A stretch of 64,000 nt of DNA, from positions 31,976 through 95,975 of the forward strand of contig NZ_QVMI01000006.1 in the NCBI RefSeq assembly GCF_010500965.1. The letters are read 5' to 3'. The stretch comes from Bacteroides sp. 51. Its GTDB lineage: Bacteria > Bacteroidota > Bacteroidia > Bacteroidales > Bacteroidaceae. This document shows, piece by piece, positions 38,707 to 46,894 of this stretch. A program made the position numbers and the translations under genes. Each line of letters begins with the position of its first letter. The first letter of the stretch is position 1. The notes beneath the pieces were generated by a model. It worked only from the letters and a program-made list of their open reading frames with translations. It was not told the origin of the DNA and searched no databases.

Positions 38707-40341
38707 ATGAAAACAATAAAATATATAGTTCTGGCTTTGGCTCTGGCGTTCGTGAGCTGTGAAGGAGATTTCCTCGATCGTAAGCCAATAGACTTCCTGG
38801 CTCCGGATAGCTTTAATTCGGAAAAAGATATCAAAGAGGCGGTTAACGGTATATATCGTGCTTTCTTGTCCAACAAACTGGAACCGATATATCTGGACTT
38901 TATGGTAGACAACGGATTCATGGCCGATTACCGGAATATGTTTGAACGGGTGTACGACAATGAAACGAACTTCGTAGTCAACAAATGGTCGTGGAATTAT
39001 AAGATTATTCTTCGTGCCAATACCGTACTGCACTTTATTGACAATGTGTCTATGCAGGAAGCTACTTATAATCAGTATAAAGGTGAGGCTATGTTCCTGC
39101 GCGCACTGGCTTATTCCGACTTGTTGATCTATTACGGTAGCGCGCCATTGCGCACGGAACCCGAGGGACTGGAAGGAGCAAACAAGGAACTGTCTTCCCG
39201 CGAGCAACTTACCGAGTTTGTGCTTAAAGAACTGAAAGATGCTGCCGAACTTCTTCCGCCAACCTATGCTGTGACCGATAGGGGGCGTGCAACAAAAGGT
39301 GCTGCTCTGGCCATCAAAGCGCGTGTGTTGTTGTTCAATAAGCGGTATTCGGAAGTTATTGCAGCTTGCGAAGAGGTGCGGGCGTTGGGTGTATATCAGA
39401 TTATGCCCGATTATAAAACGCTGTTCCTGCCCGAAGGTGAGGCAAACAATAAGGAAGTGATATTCGATAAACAACATGAAACGAACTCACCATCTTCTAT
39501 CGGTTTGTCGAACGACTGGTACACGTATTTCTATAGCTGGTTTGGATATCAGTCATGCCTTGGATTGTATGAGCAGTTCTACTCTACCAACGGAAAGTCG
39601 ATTAAAGATCCGACCAATACGTTGTATGATGATAAGGTGCTGACAAGTCAGATCGTGGCTCCGTCTACATTCATAAAGAACGGTGGTTTCGATACCCGGT
39701 TCCAGAATCGCGACCCGCGCATGAATGCTACACTGGTAGTGCCTTATACTGTCGATGCTTATGATAGAACATCGGGTGCGCCGTGGGTATATTATCCGAA
39801 ATCTAAAGGAAGTGCAAACTTCACCAGCTTCCGTATCCGGAAGTATGTGGATTACTCTAATAATGGGGTAGCGGCCATTTCGGGTACCAATCCTGTGATT
39901 ATTCGCTACGCAGATGTATTGTTGATGGAAGCGGAAGCGTATATTGAGCGTGCCCTGGCCGGCGGCGAAGCGTATGACGATGCGCATGTACGTTCGCTGA
40001 TTGACCAGGTTCGCCAACGCGAAAGCGTGAAGATGCCGAAGGTTGAGAATGCGGAAGGCAAGAACCTTGCTCCTGAAAAGATGAGAGAGATTCTCCGTCA
40101 TGAAAGACGTGTTGAATTTGCATTCGAAGGGTTAAGATTGTTCGATGTGATTCGTTGGGATGATGGTGCTAATGCATTTACCGATTTCAGAGGGTATAAT
40201 CCCGGTAAGCTGGGACAAACCGCTGCCGATGGCGTAGTGTATGAAGAGGTGACGGTGTTTAAACGTACCTTCGATCCTTCGAAAGGCTATTTGTGGCCGA
40301 TTCCTAAAACGGAAACGGATTCGAATAAGGCAATAAATTAA
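38707..40341 (+). CDS. SusD/RagB-family nutrient-binding outer-membrane lipoprotein
   Basis: Lipobox FVSC and TPR-like SusD architecture, immediately downstream of SusC. Confidence 0.9.
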   Translation: MKTIKYIVLALALAFVSCEGDFLDRKPIDFLAPDSFNSEKDIKEAVNGIYRAFLSNKLEPIYLDFMVDNGFMADYRNMFERVYDNETNFVVNKWSWNYKIILRANTVLHFIDNVSMQEATYNQYKGEAMFLRALAYSDLLIYYGSAPLRTEPEGLEGANKELSSREQLTEFVLKELKDAAELLPPTYAVTDRGRATKGAALAIKARVLLFNKRYSEVIAACEEVRALGVYQIMPDYKTLFLPEGEANNKEVIFDKQHETNSPSSIGLSNDWYTYFYSWFGYQSCLGLYEQFYSTNGKSIKDPTNTLYDDKVLTSQIVAPSTFIKNGGFDTRFQNRDPRMNATLVVPYTVDAYDRTSGAPWVYYPKSKGSANFTSFRIRKYVDYSNNGVAAISGTNPVIIRYADVLLMEAEAYIERALAGGEAYDDAHVRSLIDQVRQRESVKMPKVENAEGKNLAPEKMREILRHERRVEFAFEGLRLFDVIRWDDGANAFTDFRGYNPGKLGQTAADGVVYEEVTVFKRTFDPSKGYLWPIPKTETDSNKAIN

Positions 40342-40398
40342 ATAATCTGTTACCGATTTCTGGTTCCAGATATCGATGACGAATCTTGTACTGGATAT

Positions 40399-40477
40399 CG
40401 TAGGGGCGGTTCGCGAACCGCCCAATACACAGAATATACAGAAAAACATTTTCGGGCGGTTCGCGAACCGCCCCTAC
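40399..40477. repeat. MITE/REP-like element, copy 1: two inverted copies of the 20-bp palindrome GGGCGGTTCGCGAACCGCCC with terminal GTAGG/CCTAC
   Basis: GTAGGGGCGGTTCGCGAACCGCCC-31 nt-GGGCGGTTCGCGAACCGCCCCTAC. Ends 10 nt before the GH16 ATG. Confidence 0.8.
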
Positions 40478-40486
40478 ATTTACCCT

Positions 40487-41782
40487 ATGAAAACCAACAT
40501 ACTTACTTTACTCACAGCTTTATTCTTGCTTTGGGCTTGCCCCGCAATAGCCATAGCGCAAATCTCCGAGCAGAACCCCGAAGCCCCGGCAGGCTATAAA
40601 CTCGTTTGGGCCGATGAATTTGACTCCCCCAAACTAGACGCTTCAAAATGGAAACACCGCATCGGCAAAAGCGGCACTAGCTACCAACGTGCAGAAAACG
40701 TCTCTATTTCTGATGGCAAACTCGTTATCGACCTGAAGAAAGAAAAACACCAGGACATGGAATATACCGGCGGTGGCATCATCTCCAAATTCCCCGTTAA
40801 GTACGGCTACTTCGAAGTCGGCGCCCGACTGGATACCGGCTACGGATGGCACGAATCCTTTTGGACCACCTGGATGAGCGGCTTTGACGACAAGCGTCCC
40901 GAATTTAAGAACATGCCCCGACTGGAAATCGATTGCTTCGAGCACTATACCCGCCACGATGAACATATATTCTCCTACGGCGCCATCCAATGGTATCCCG
41001 AACATGGCGATGTAAACCGGGACTTCGTTACCACCACCGAAGACCTGTCGCAAACCTACAACCGCTTCGGTTTCGAGTTTACCCCCGATTATATGAATTA
41101 CTATTATAACGGACGTCTGCTCAAAACCATCAATACCCGCCAGCTACCTCAGCACGAGCAATACCTTTGGTTGACTTGCATCGCCAACCAACCCGATGCC
41201 ACCCCATCCGGTACCGTATATTTCGATTATATCCGTTGGTATGAGATTTCCAAAGAAGATTACGACACCCGGAAAGCGGCTTTTGTTGAATATCTCGATG
41301 CCTTCAAAGGTCCCCAAGCCTCTTCGGGTACCGACCTGTGGATAGAAGCCGAAGACTTCCCGGCCGTGAACACCTGGACGAAAAAACAAGACCAGAATAA
41401 CATTATACTAGCCGGTGTGACCAAAGAAAAAGATAAATTCTTCCACGTGAACGATCTTAAGGCCACCACAAATCTTAAACTAAAAGAGCCCGGTGTATAC
41501 CATCTTTGGGTACGTTCGCGCGATTATTCCGAGTCTCCGGCAAAGCGCAAGTTCAAAATGATCATCAACGGAGAGCTTACCGAAACCGATTTCGGCAAGC
41601 ACGGTAAGGAAGGATACGAATGGGAGTATGGTGGCAGTTTCGACCTACCCAAAGGTGCCTTGGTACTGGATCTGTTGAATACCTCCCAATATTATGTCCG
41701 CGTAGATAAACTACTCCTAACCACCGATGCCGATTTTAAACCATCCGGTATCGGAGCAAAAACCAATGTGAAGCATAAGTAA
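40487..41782 (+). CDS. Glycoside hydrolase family 16 (beta-glucanase/laminarinase type) with a C-terminal extra domain
   Basis: Signal peptide MKTNILTLLTALFLLWACPAIAIAQ and catalytic motif LEIDCFE (ExDxxE). The listed ORF start at 40376 runs through the repeat element and is rejected. Confidence 0.7.
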   Translation: MKTNILTLLTALFLLWACPAIAIAQISEQNPEAPAGYKLVWADEFDSPKLDASKWKHRIGKSGTSYQRAENVSISDGKLVIDLKKEKHQDMEYTGGGIISKFPVKYGYFEVGARLDTGYGWHESFWTTWMSGFDDKRPEFKNMPRLEIDCFEHYTRHDEHIFSYGAIQWYPEHGDVNRDFVTTTEDLSQTYNRFGFEFTPDYMNYYYNGRLLKTINTRQLPQHEQYLWLTCIANQPDATPSGTVYFDYIRWYEISKEDYDTRKAAFVEYLDAFKGPQASSGTDLWIEAEDFPAVNTWTKKQDQNNIILAGVTKEKDKFFHVNDLKATTNLKLKEPGVYHLWVRSRDYSESPAKRKFKMIINGELTETDFGKHGKEGYEWEYGGSFDLPKGALVLDLLNTSQYYVRVDKLLLTTDADFKPSGIGAKTNVKHK

Positions 41783-41798
41783 AGTAAGCTTTGTTGGG

Positions 41799-41863
41799 AG
41801 ATAGAACAGCAATCGGAGCCAAATAGAACAGCAATCAGGGGCAAATAGAACTGCAATCGAAAC
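41799..41863. repeat. Three tandem 22-nt repeats (AAATAGAACAGCAATCNGRG..)
   Basis: AGATAGAACAGCAATCGGAGCC / AAATAGAACAGCAATCAGGGGC / AAATAGAACTGCAATCGAAAC. Confidence 0.75.
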
Positions 41864-41886
41864 TTCGTGCAAGTTCCCTGAGATAT

Positions 41887-41975
41887 AAAAGACCCGGGTG
41901 TTTCCAGGCAAAAGACCCGGGTCTATCGGACTAAAAGACCCGGGTGTTTTGACCCGAAACACCCGGGTCTTTTTT
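41887..41975 (+). repeat. Three tandem 23-nt AAAAGACCCGGGT.. repeats, the last forming an intrinsic terminator
   Basis: AAAAGACCCGGGTGTTTCCAGGC / AAAAGACCCGGGTCTATCGGACT / AAAAGACCCGGGTGTTTTGACCCGAAACACCCGGGTCTTTTTT. Confidence 0.8.
41936..41975 (+). terminator. Rho-independent terminator downstream of GH16
   Basis: Stem AGACCCGGGTGTT / AACACCCGGGTCT followed by a T6 run. Confidence 0.8.
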
Positions 41976-42276
41976 GCTCCATGCAAGTGGATCTGCGCTA
42001 GCCTTATTACAGTTTGCGACCTTTATTCCTATTATACTAAGAACGAAATCTTATGCTTCTTTTTCATTCCGCTATAGCTTTTCATTCTGTTTATTCGCTC
42101 AAATGTGATACTTGTGATATTAGTGTGCAACTTCTGTATAATATACAATTTTCTAAAAGCCCTTATTCATCAGCCTCTCGGAAGCCTATGTCAGATATGA
42201 TACTTTTTTTCAAAAAAAACAATATGTACAGGTGAATCCGGTAGTAAAATTAGTCCCATTCTTTACAAGAAAGTCG

Positions 42277-42284
42277 TACCTTTG
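42277..42284 (+). promoter_or_regulatory. -7 promoter box TACCTTTG upstream of truA
   Basis: Matches TAnnTTTG, 27 nt before the GTG start at 42311. Confidence 0.45.
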
Positions 42285-42310
42285 CACCCGAAAACCAAAA
42301 AACATAGAAC

Positions 42311-43072
42311 GTGCAACGATATTTTATCTATCTAGCCTACGACGGAACGAACTATCACGGTTGGCAAATACAACCCAATGGAATCAGTGTGCAGGAATCC
42401 CTGATGAAGGCATTAACCACCTTCTTACAAAAAGATATTGAAGTGATTGGTGCCGGACGCACCGATGCCGGCGTACACGCTTCACTGATGGTAGCTCACT
42501 TCGATTACGACGGCGAACCCCTTGATACAGTACAAGTTACAGAGAAACTAAATCGCATCCTGCCCCAAGACATCTCCGTATTCGATGTTTGCCCGGTGAA
42601 GCCAGACGCCCATGCCCGTTTCGATGCCGTGACTCGTATATATAAATATTACGTAACTACCCATAAGTTCCCATTCAACCGGCAATACCGCTATCGCATT
42701 CATGGTTCACTGAACTTTGACTTGATGAACGAAGCCGCCCAAACCCTGCTCGAATACTCGGATTTTACCAGTTTCAGCAAACTGCACACCGACGTAAAAA
42801 CCAACAACTGCAACGTACTCCACGCCAAATGGACCCAAGAAGGCGAAAACAACTGGGTATTTACCATTCGTGCCGACCGCTTCCTGCGCAACATGGTTCG
42901 CGCCATTGTAGGTACGCTACTCGAAGTTGGTCGCGGCAAAATGACTGTTGAAGAATTCCGCAAAGTCATTGAACAGAAAGACCGTGGCAAAGCCGGAACT
43001 TCTGCTCCCGGACATGCGCTTTTCCTGGTTGATGTGGAGTATCCGGAGGAAATATTTAAGATTTACGATTAG
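42311..43072 (+). CDS. truA: tRNA pseudouridine(38-40) synthase TruA
   Basis: [15 protein letters not shown] and the catalytic [11 protein letters not shown] motif. A GTG start is implied by the ORF track. Confidence 0.85.
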   Translation: MQRYFIYLAYDGTNYHGWQIQPNGISVQESLMKALTTFLQKDIEVIGAGRTDAGVHASLMVAHFDYDGEPLDTVQVTEKLNRILPQDISVFDVCPVKPDAHARFDAVTRIYKYYVTTHKFPFNRQYRYRIHGSLNFDLMNEAAQTLLEYSDFTSFSKLHTDVKTNNCNVLHAKWTQEGENNWVFTIRADRFLRNMVRAIVGTLLEVGRGKMTVEEFRKVIEQKDRGKAGTSAPGHALFLVDVEYPEEIFKIYD

Positions 43073-43073
43073 A

Positions 43074-43132
43074 CGATTTACGATTGAAGTAACCAGGTAA
43101 ATCATTAACAAAGTTACTTCAATCGTAAATCG
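43074..43132. repeat. Perfect 20-bp-arm hairpin right after the truA stop
   Basis: CGATTTACGATTGAAGTAAC-19 nt-GTTACTTCAATCGTAAATCG. Confidence 0.75.
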
Positions 43133-43179
43133 TAAATCGTCCAATCGTAAATAAAACAATCGTTAAATCGTAAATAAAA
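43121..43179 (+). repeat. AATCGTA-type heptad tandem repeats running into the ATG of the EamA gene
   Basis: AATCGTAAATCGTAAATCGTCCAATCGTAAATAAAACAATCGTTAAATCGTAAATAAAAATG. Confidence 0.7.
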
Positions 43180-44079
43180 ATGTGGTTATTCCTGGCCTTT
43201 TGCTCGGCCGTATTGCTGGGCTTTTATGATGTATTCAAAAAGCAATCGTTGAAAGACAATGCGGTTCTTCCTGTACTGTTCCTGAATACCATCTTTTCCA
43301 GTTTAATATTTCTGCCTTTCATCCTGGTTTCCGCTTTTGCTCCCCATATATTGGGAGATACCATTTTTAACGTTCCGGTAGCAGGGTGGGAGACACATAA
43401 ATACATCATTATCAAGTCCTTCATCGTCCTCTCGTCCTGGATATTCGGTTACTTCGGCATGAAACATCTACCACTAACCATAGTTGGTCCAATCAACGCT
43501 ACCCGCCCGGTGATGGTGCTTGTAGGTGCCTTGCTCATATTTGGCGAACGCCTGAATCTATATCAATGGATTGGGGTAACCCTGGCTATTATCTCTTTCT
43601 TTATGCTTAGCCGTTCCGGCAAGAAAGAAGGGATCGACTTTAAACACAACAAATGGATATTCTTTATCGTCATGGCGGCCATCATGGGCGCCATCAGCGG
43701 CTTGTACGACAAATACCTGATGAAGCAACTCAACCCCATGCTGGTGCAATCCTGGTACAATGTCTATCAGGTATTCATTATGTGTCCTATCATCCTACTG
43801 TTGTGGCTTCCCAAACGTAAAACCACTACACCTTTTCGTTGGGACTGGACCATCATCCTGATCTCCATATTCCTTTCCGCGGCCGACTTTGCTTACTTCT
43901 ACGCTTTGAGTTATGACGATTCCATGATTTCCATTGTGTCTATGGTACGCCGTAGCAGTGTAATTGTTTCCTTCCTGTTTGGTGCCTTGGTGTTCCGTGA
44001 AAAGAATTTAAAAAGTAAAGCAATTGATCTGCTGTTGGTGTTAATCGGTATGATATTCTTATATTTGGGCACGAAATGA
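43180..44079 (+). CDS. EamA/DMT-superfamily transporter
   Basis: Ten predicted TM helices in two EamA-like halves. Confidence 0.6.
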   Translation: MWLFLAFCSAVLLGFYDVFKKQSLKDNAVLPVLFLNTIFSSLIFLPFILVSAFAPHILGDTIFNVPVAGWETHKYIIIKSFIVLSSWIFGYFGMKHLPLTIVGPINATRPVMVLVGALLIFGERLNLYQWIGVTLAIISFFMLSRSGKKEGIDFKHNKWIFFIVMAAIMGAISGLYDKYLMKQLNPMLVQSWYNVYQVFIMCPIILLLWLPKRKTTTPFRWDWTIILISIFLSAADFAYFYALSYDDSMISIVSMVRRSSVIVSFLFGALVFREKNLKSKAIDLLLVLIGMIFLYLGTK

Positions 44080-44819
44080 AAAATATGAAAAAGATACTCC
44101 TTGTTATATTCCTATTCTTAGCCCCTTTCGCCTTACAGGCTCAGGAAGCTAAGACCCTTTTCAGTAATATCCCCGAAGCCGTATTACCATTACTTTCTTC
44201 CGTGAACCGGGCAGACTTTGTGGACTTCCTCGAAAGCAATATGAAAGCCGAAGTAAAGAATAAGTTTGGAGGTACTTCGGAAATGACAGATCTGACTTCT
44301 GATTATATCCGTATTCAGATGACATCCCGAAGTACATGGGAGATGAAAACATTGGCAGTGAATGACTCAACAAAGATAATCTGTACGGTATCCACCACTT
44401 GCGCTCCGGTTTGCGATAGTGAGGTACGCTTCTATGCTGCGGATTGGAACGAAATTCCTTCTTCCTCCTACCTGACACCTCCCGTTATGGATGATTACTT
44501 CCAATTGCTTGATTCGGCAAGACTTGATGATTATACAATTTACCGGAGCAGAATGGATATGTTACTTGCTAAAGCCAGTCTGTCAAAAGAAGATAATACG
44601 CTGACTTTCACTTTAACTACTCCTGAATATGCGGGTAAAAGAAGTGCTGATGATGAAAATGAAATCGCTAACATAGACGAGTTTCTTCGTAAACCATTAG
44701 TGTTTGTTTGGGAAAGTGAACCGGATTCAGGTAGTTATCAGTTTACAGCCTCACCCCAGCCCTCTCCTTTGGAGAGGGCTGGGGTGAGGCTTTCACTCCT
44801 GTCTGTACGACGCCTTTAG
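44076..44819 (+). CDS. Hypothetical secreted protein
   Basis: Signal peptide LAPFALQAQE and an ATGA overlap with the EamA gene. The 3' end runs through a perfect hairpin. Confidence 0.5.
   Translation: MKNMKKILLVIFLFLAPFALQAQEAKTLFSNIPEAVLPLLSSVNRADFVDFLESNMKAEVKNKFGGTSEMTDLTSDYIRIQMTSRSTWEMKTLAVNDSTKIICTVSTTCAPVCDSEVRFYAADWNEIPSSSYLTPPVMDDYFQLLDSARLDDYTIYRSRMDMLLAKASLSKEDNTLTFTLTTPEYAGKRSADDENEIANIDEFLRKPLVFVWESEPDSGSYQFTASPQPSPLERAGVRLSLLSVRRL
44749..44791. repeat. Perfect 20-bp-stem hairpin (GCCTCACCCCAGCCCTCTCC TTT GGAGAGGGCTGGGGTGAGGC) at convergent gene ends
   Basis: Visible directly in the sequence. Shares the C-rich/TTTGGAG/G-rich core with the element at 35345-35472. Likely a bidirectional terminator. 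Confidence 0.8.
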
Positions 44820-45467
44820 TATCCAGTATTGTGTGTCTTCTGTGTTGATATCAAAGGGATATTCAATCCAGGTGTTGAGTGATAATGATATATTGTTATC
44901 TTTTTCTTTATATACTCCCCATTTTATGCCTTCGGCGTTAACCATGATGCCTAACTTCCCGATAATCCGGTGAATGTTCTCCTTTACCACTTCCTCATAG
45001 ATCAGAATATCTCCATTCTTATAATCGAATCCGCTGGGTAGGTTTTCCTGGTTCTCTACTTCTATGGCGATTAACTTAAACTTCGAATTACTGGGTACGG
45101 TGATTTGGGGTAACGAGCTTAAGAACTCTTCGCTCATAAATTGAGCAATATAATCATTTATATATAATATAGGTATATAAGGAACCTGCGTTAACTGCTG
45201 TGTTACTTTTAGCTTTTCAGTTTCCACTACCAATGCAGTGTTGTAGTGCAACAATTCATTTACCGACAATTCTTTTTCTATAAGGCTGGTTAGCGGAATG
45301 CTAAAATAATTAGCAATCTTCACCAATGTCTCTATTTTAGGCTCTGCACGAAACTCTTCATATGACGAAATGTTGCCTCTGGTAAGGTGAAACAGGTCTG
45401 CAAAGGCTTGCTGGCTCAACCCCTTTATATTCCTTATCTTTTTTATGTTTTTACCTATCTTTGTCAT
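44793..45467 (-). CDS. XRE-family HTH regulator with C-terminal LexA/CI (S24)-like beta domain, apparently without the catalytic Ser
   Basis: N-terminal HTH (KIRNIKGLSQQAFADLFHLTRGNISSYE). C-terminus NGDILIYEEV ... GKLGIMVNAEG ... GVYKEKD has an S24-like pattern. Confidence 0.6.
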   Translation of the reverse strand: MTKIGKNIKKIRNIKGLSQQAFADLFHLTRGNISSYEEFRAEPKIETLVKIANYFSIPLTSLIEKELSVNELLHYNTALVVETEKLKVTQQLTQVPYIPILYINDYIAQFMSEEFLSSLPQITVPSNSKFKLIAIEVENQENLPSGFDYKNGDILIYEEVVKENIHRIIGKLGIMVNAEGIKWGVYKEKDNNISLSLNTWIEYPFDINTEDTQYWILKASYRQE

Positions 45468-45584
45468 TATTTTGCTAAAAAAGTTTGCAGATTAAATTTC
45501 TTTGCCTATATTTGCTAAAAGCATTTGCAAATCTAAGATTTAATTTGCTCAAAAACAAGAGAAATGAGGGAAATTAATGATTTA

Positions 45585-45656
45585 CTGTAGGGGCGGTTCG
45601 TGAACCGCCCAATGCCCGGAAACAATTTTCGGGCGCTTCGCGAACCGCCCCTACAG
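45585..45656. repeat. MITE/REP-like element, copy 2 (same family as 40399-40477)
   Basis: CTGTAGGGGCGGTTCGTGAACCGCCC-24 nt-GGGCGCTTCGCGAACCGCCCCTACAG. Confidence 0.8.
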
Positions 45657-45701
45657 TATTCCTATACTGAACTGAATAGAAACAAGTAAAACCATAAACA
45701 A

Positions 45702-46088
45702 ATGTTCAGAAAGATAGAAGAATATATCACAAGGTTGGGATACTCCATCTCATACCAAAGTAAAGCGGATGGTATCTTTTGTATTGAGAATGAACCCGAT
45801 GGTATCAAGAATCTCATTGTCGGTGTTGCTCCTCCCATCCTTATTATGGAGCAGTACATCTTCACCCTTAAAAGTGATGATCCTGAAATCCTGAAAGCCT
45901 TGTTGAAGAAGAACAGGGATATTATTCACGGTGCTTTTGTGCTGGATGAAGAAGGACGCAAAGTAATCTTCCGGTATACGATGCAAATCGAGAATCTGGA
46001 TATAAATGAATTCGAAGGAGCATTGAACTCATTAGGTCTGCTCCTTGGCGAATACTACGAACAAATTATTGAATTCTCTAAAAAATAA
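45702..46088 (+). CDS. YbjN-like protein (putative sensory-transduction regulator / chaperone-like fold)
   Basis: 128 aa. A small acidic alpha/beta protein with a YbjN-family-like pattern. Sits immediately upstream of the PspA homolog, a known co-occurrence. Confidence 0.5.
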   Translation: MFRKIEEYITRLGYSISYQSKADGIFCIENEPDGIKNLIVGVAPPILIMEQYIFTLKSDDPEILKALLKKNRDIIHGAFVLDEEGRKVIFRYTMQIENLDINEFEGALNSLGLLLGEYYEQIIEFSKK

Positions 46089-46092
46089 GACT

Positions 46093-46791
46093 ATGAATAT
46101 CTTCAAAAGACTATTAAGAATCGGCAAGGCGGAAATGCATTCCGCAGTAGATAAGATGGAAGATCCGATCCGTATGACCGAACAAGGCATCCGGGAAATG
46201 AGAGAAGATCTGGATAAAGCAATAGAATCTTTGGCGCAAATCAAAGCTATGGCTATACGTGCTAAAAACGATAAAGCTAAAAAGCAATCCGAAGCACAAG
46301 ACTATGAAAATAAAGTTGTTTTGCTGTTGACCAAAGCACAGAAAGGTGAACTTGAGATGGCGCAGGCCGAACGGTTGTCAACCGAGGCATTAACATTGAA
46401 AGACAATCTACTGGTTGAGGCAAATGCGTTGGATGAGCAACAGAAAACACATGAAGCTGCCGCCGCAGGTATACAACAAAATATTGATGTGTTGAAGTTC
46501 AATATAACCAAATGGGAGAACGAACTGAAAACACTTAAATCGCGTATCCGTGTGAGCCGTGCAACTAAGGAAGTGAACAAGCAAATGGCTATGATCGACA
46601 GTAATAGTACCATTAGCATGTTGCAACGAATGAAAGAAAAAGTAGAAGAAGAGGAGGCTCTTGCACAGGCTTATGGTGAGATTGGTGGCGCAAAATCTAC
46701 CGTAGACGATGAGATTAATCAGGCCATCGGTGCGGACAATAAAGTCAGTACCGAGCTGGATGAGATCAAGAAAAAGCTGGGAATCCAATAG
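46093..46791 (+). CDS. pspA: PspA/IM30-family protein (ESCRT-III superfamily)
   Basis: N-terminus MNIFKRLLRIGKAEMHSAVDKMEDPIRMTEQGIREMREDL with long coiled-coil heptads, typical of PspA/Vipp1. The start is taken at the internal Met after the YbjN stop. Confidence 0.8.
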   Translation: MNIFKRLLRIGKAEMHSAVDKMEDPIRMTEQGIREMREDLDKAIESLAQIKAMAIRAKNDKAKKQSEAQDYENKVVLLLTKAQKGELEMAQAERLSTEALTLKDNLLVEANALDEQQKTHEAAAAGIQQNIDVLKFNITKWENELKTLKSRIRVSRATKEVNKQMAMIDSNSTISMLQRMKEKVEEEEALAQAYGEIGGAKSTVDDEINQAIGADNKVSTELDEIKKKLGIQ

Positions 46792-46795
46792 CCCT

Positions 46796-46894
46796 ATGAT
46801 AGTGGATTTTCAAGTAATAATATTATCTTTGGCTCTCATAATATTGTCATTGATTATTTTGATTCTATCAATCATTTCTATATTACTACTATGA
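46796..46894 (+). CDS. Possible 32-aa single-TM peptide coupled to the NfeD gene
   Basis: MIVDFQVIILSLALIILSLIILILSIISILLL*. The stop TGA overlaps the ATG of the next gene. An AT-rich open frame is the alternative explanation. Confidence 0.3.
   Translation: MIVDFQVIILSLALIILSLIILILSIISILLL

Noticed and set aside
40376-40486. Upstream extension of the GH16 ORF (start at 40376)
   Set aside because: The extension is translated from the palindromic repeat element. A canonical signal peptide begins at the internal Met at 40487.
46045-46092. Upstream extension of pspA overlapping the YbjN-like gene
   Set aside because: It overlaps the preceding gene. The conserved PspA N-terminal helix begins at the Met at 46093.
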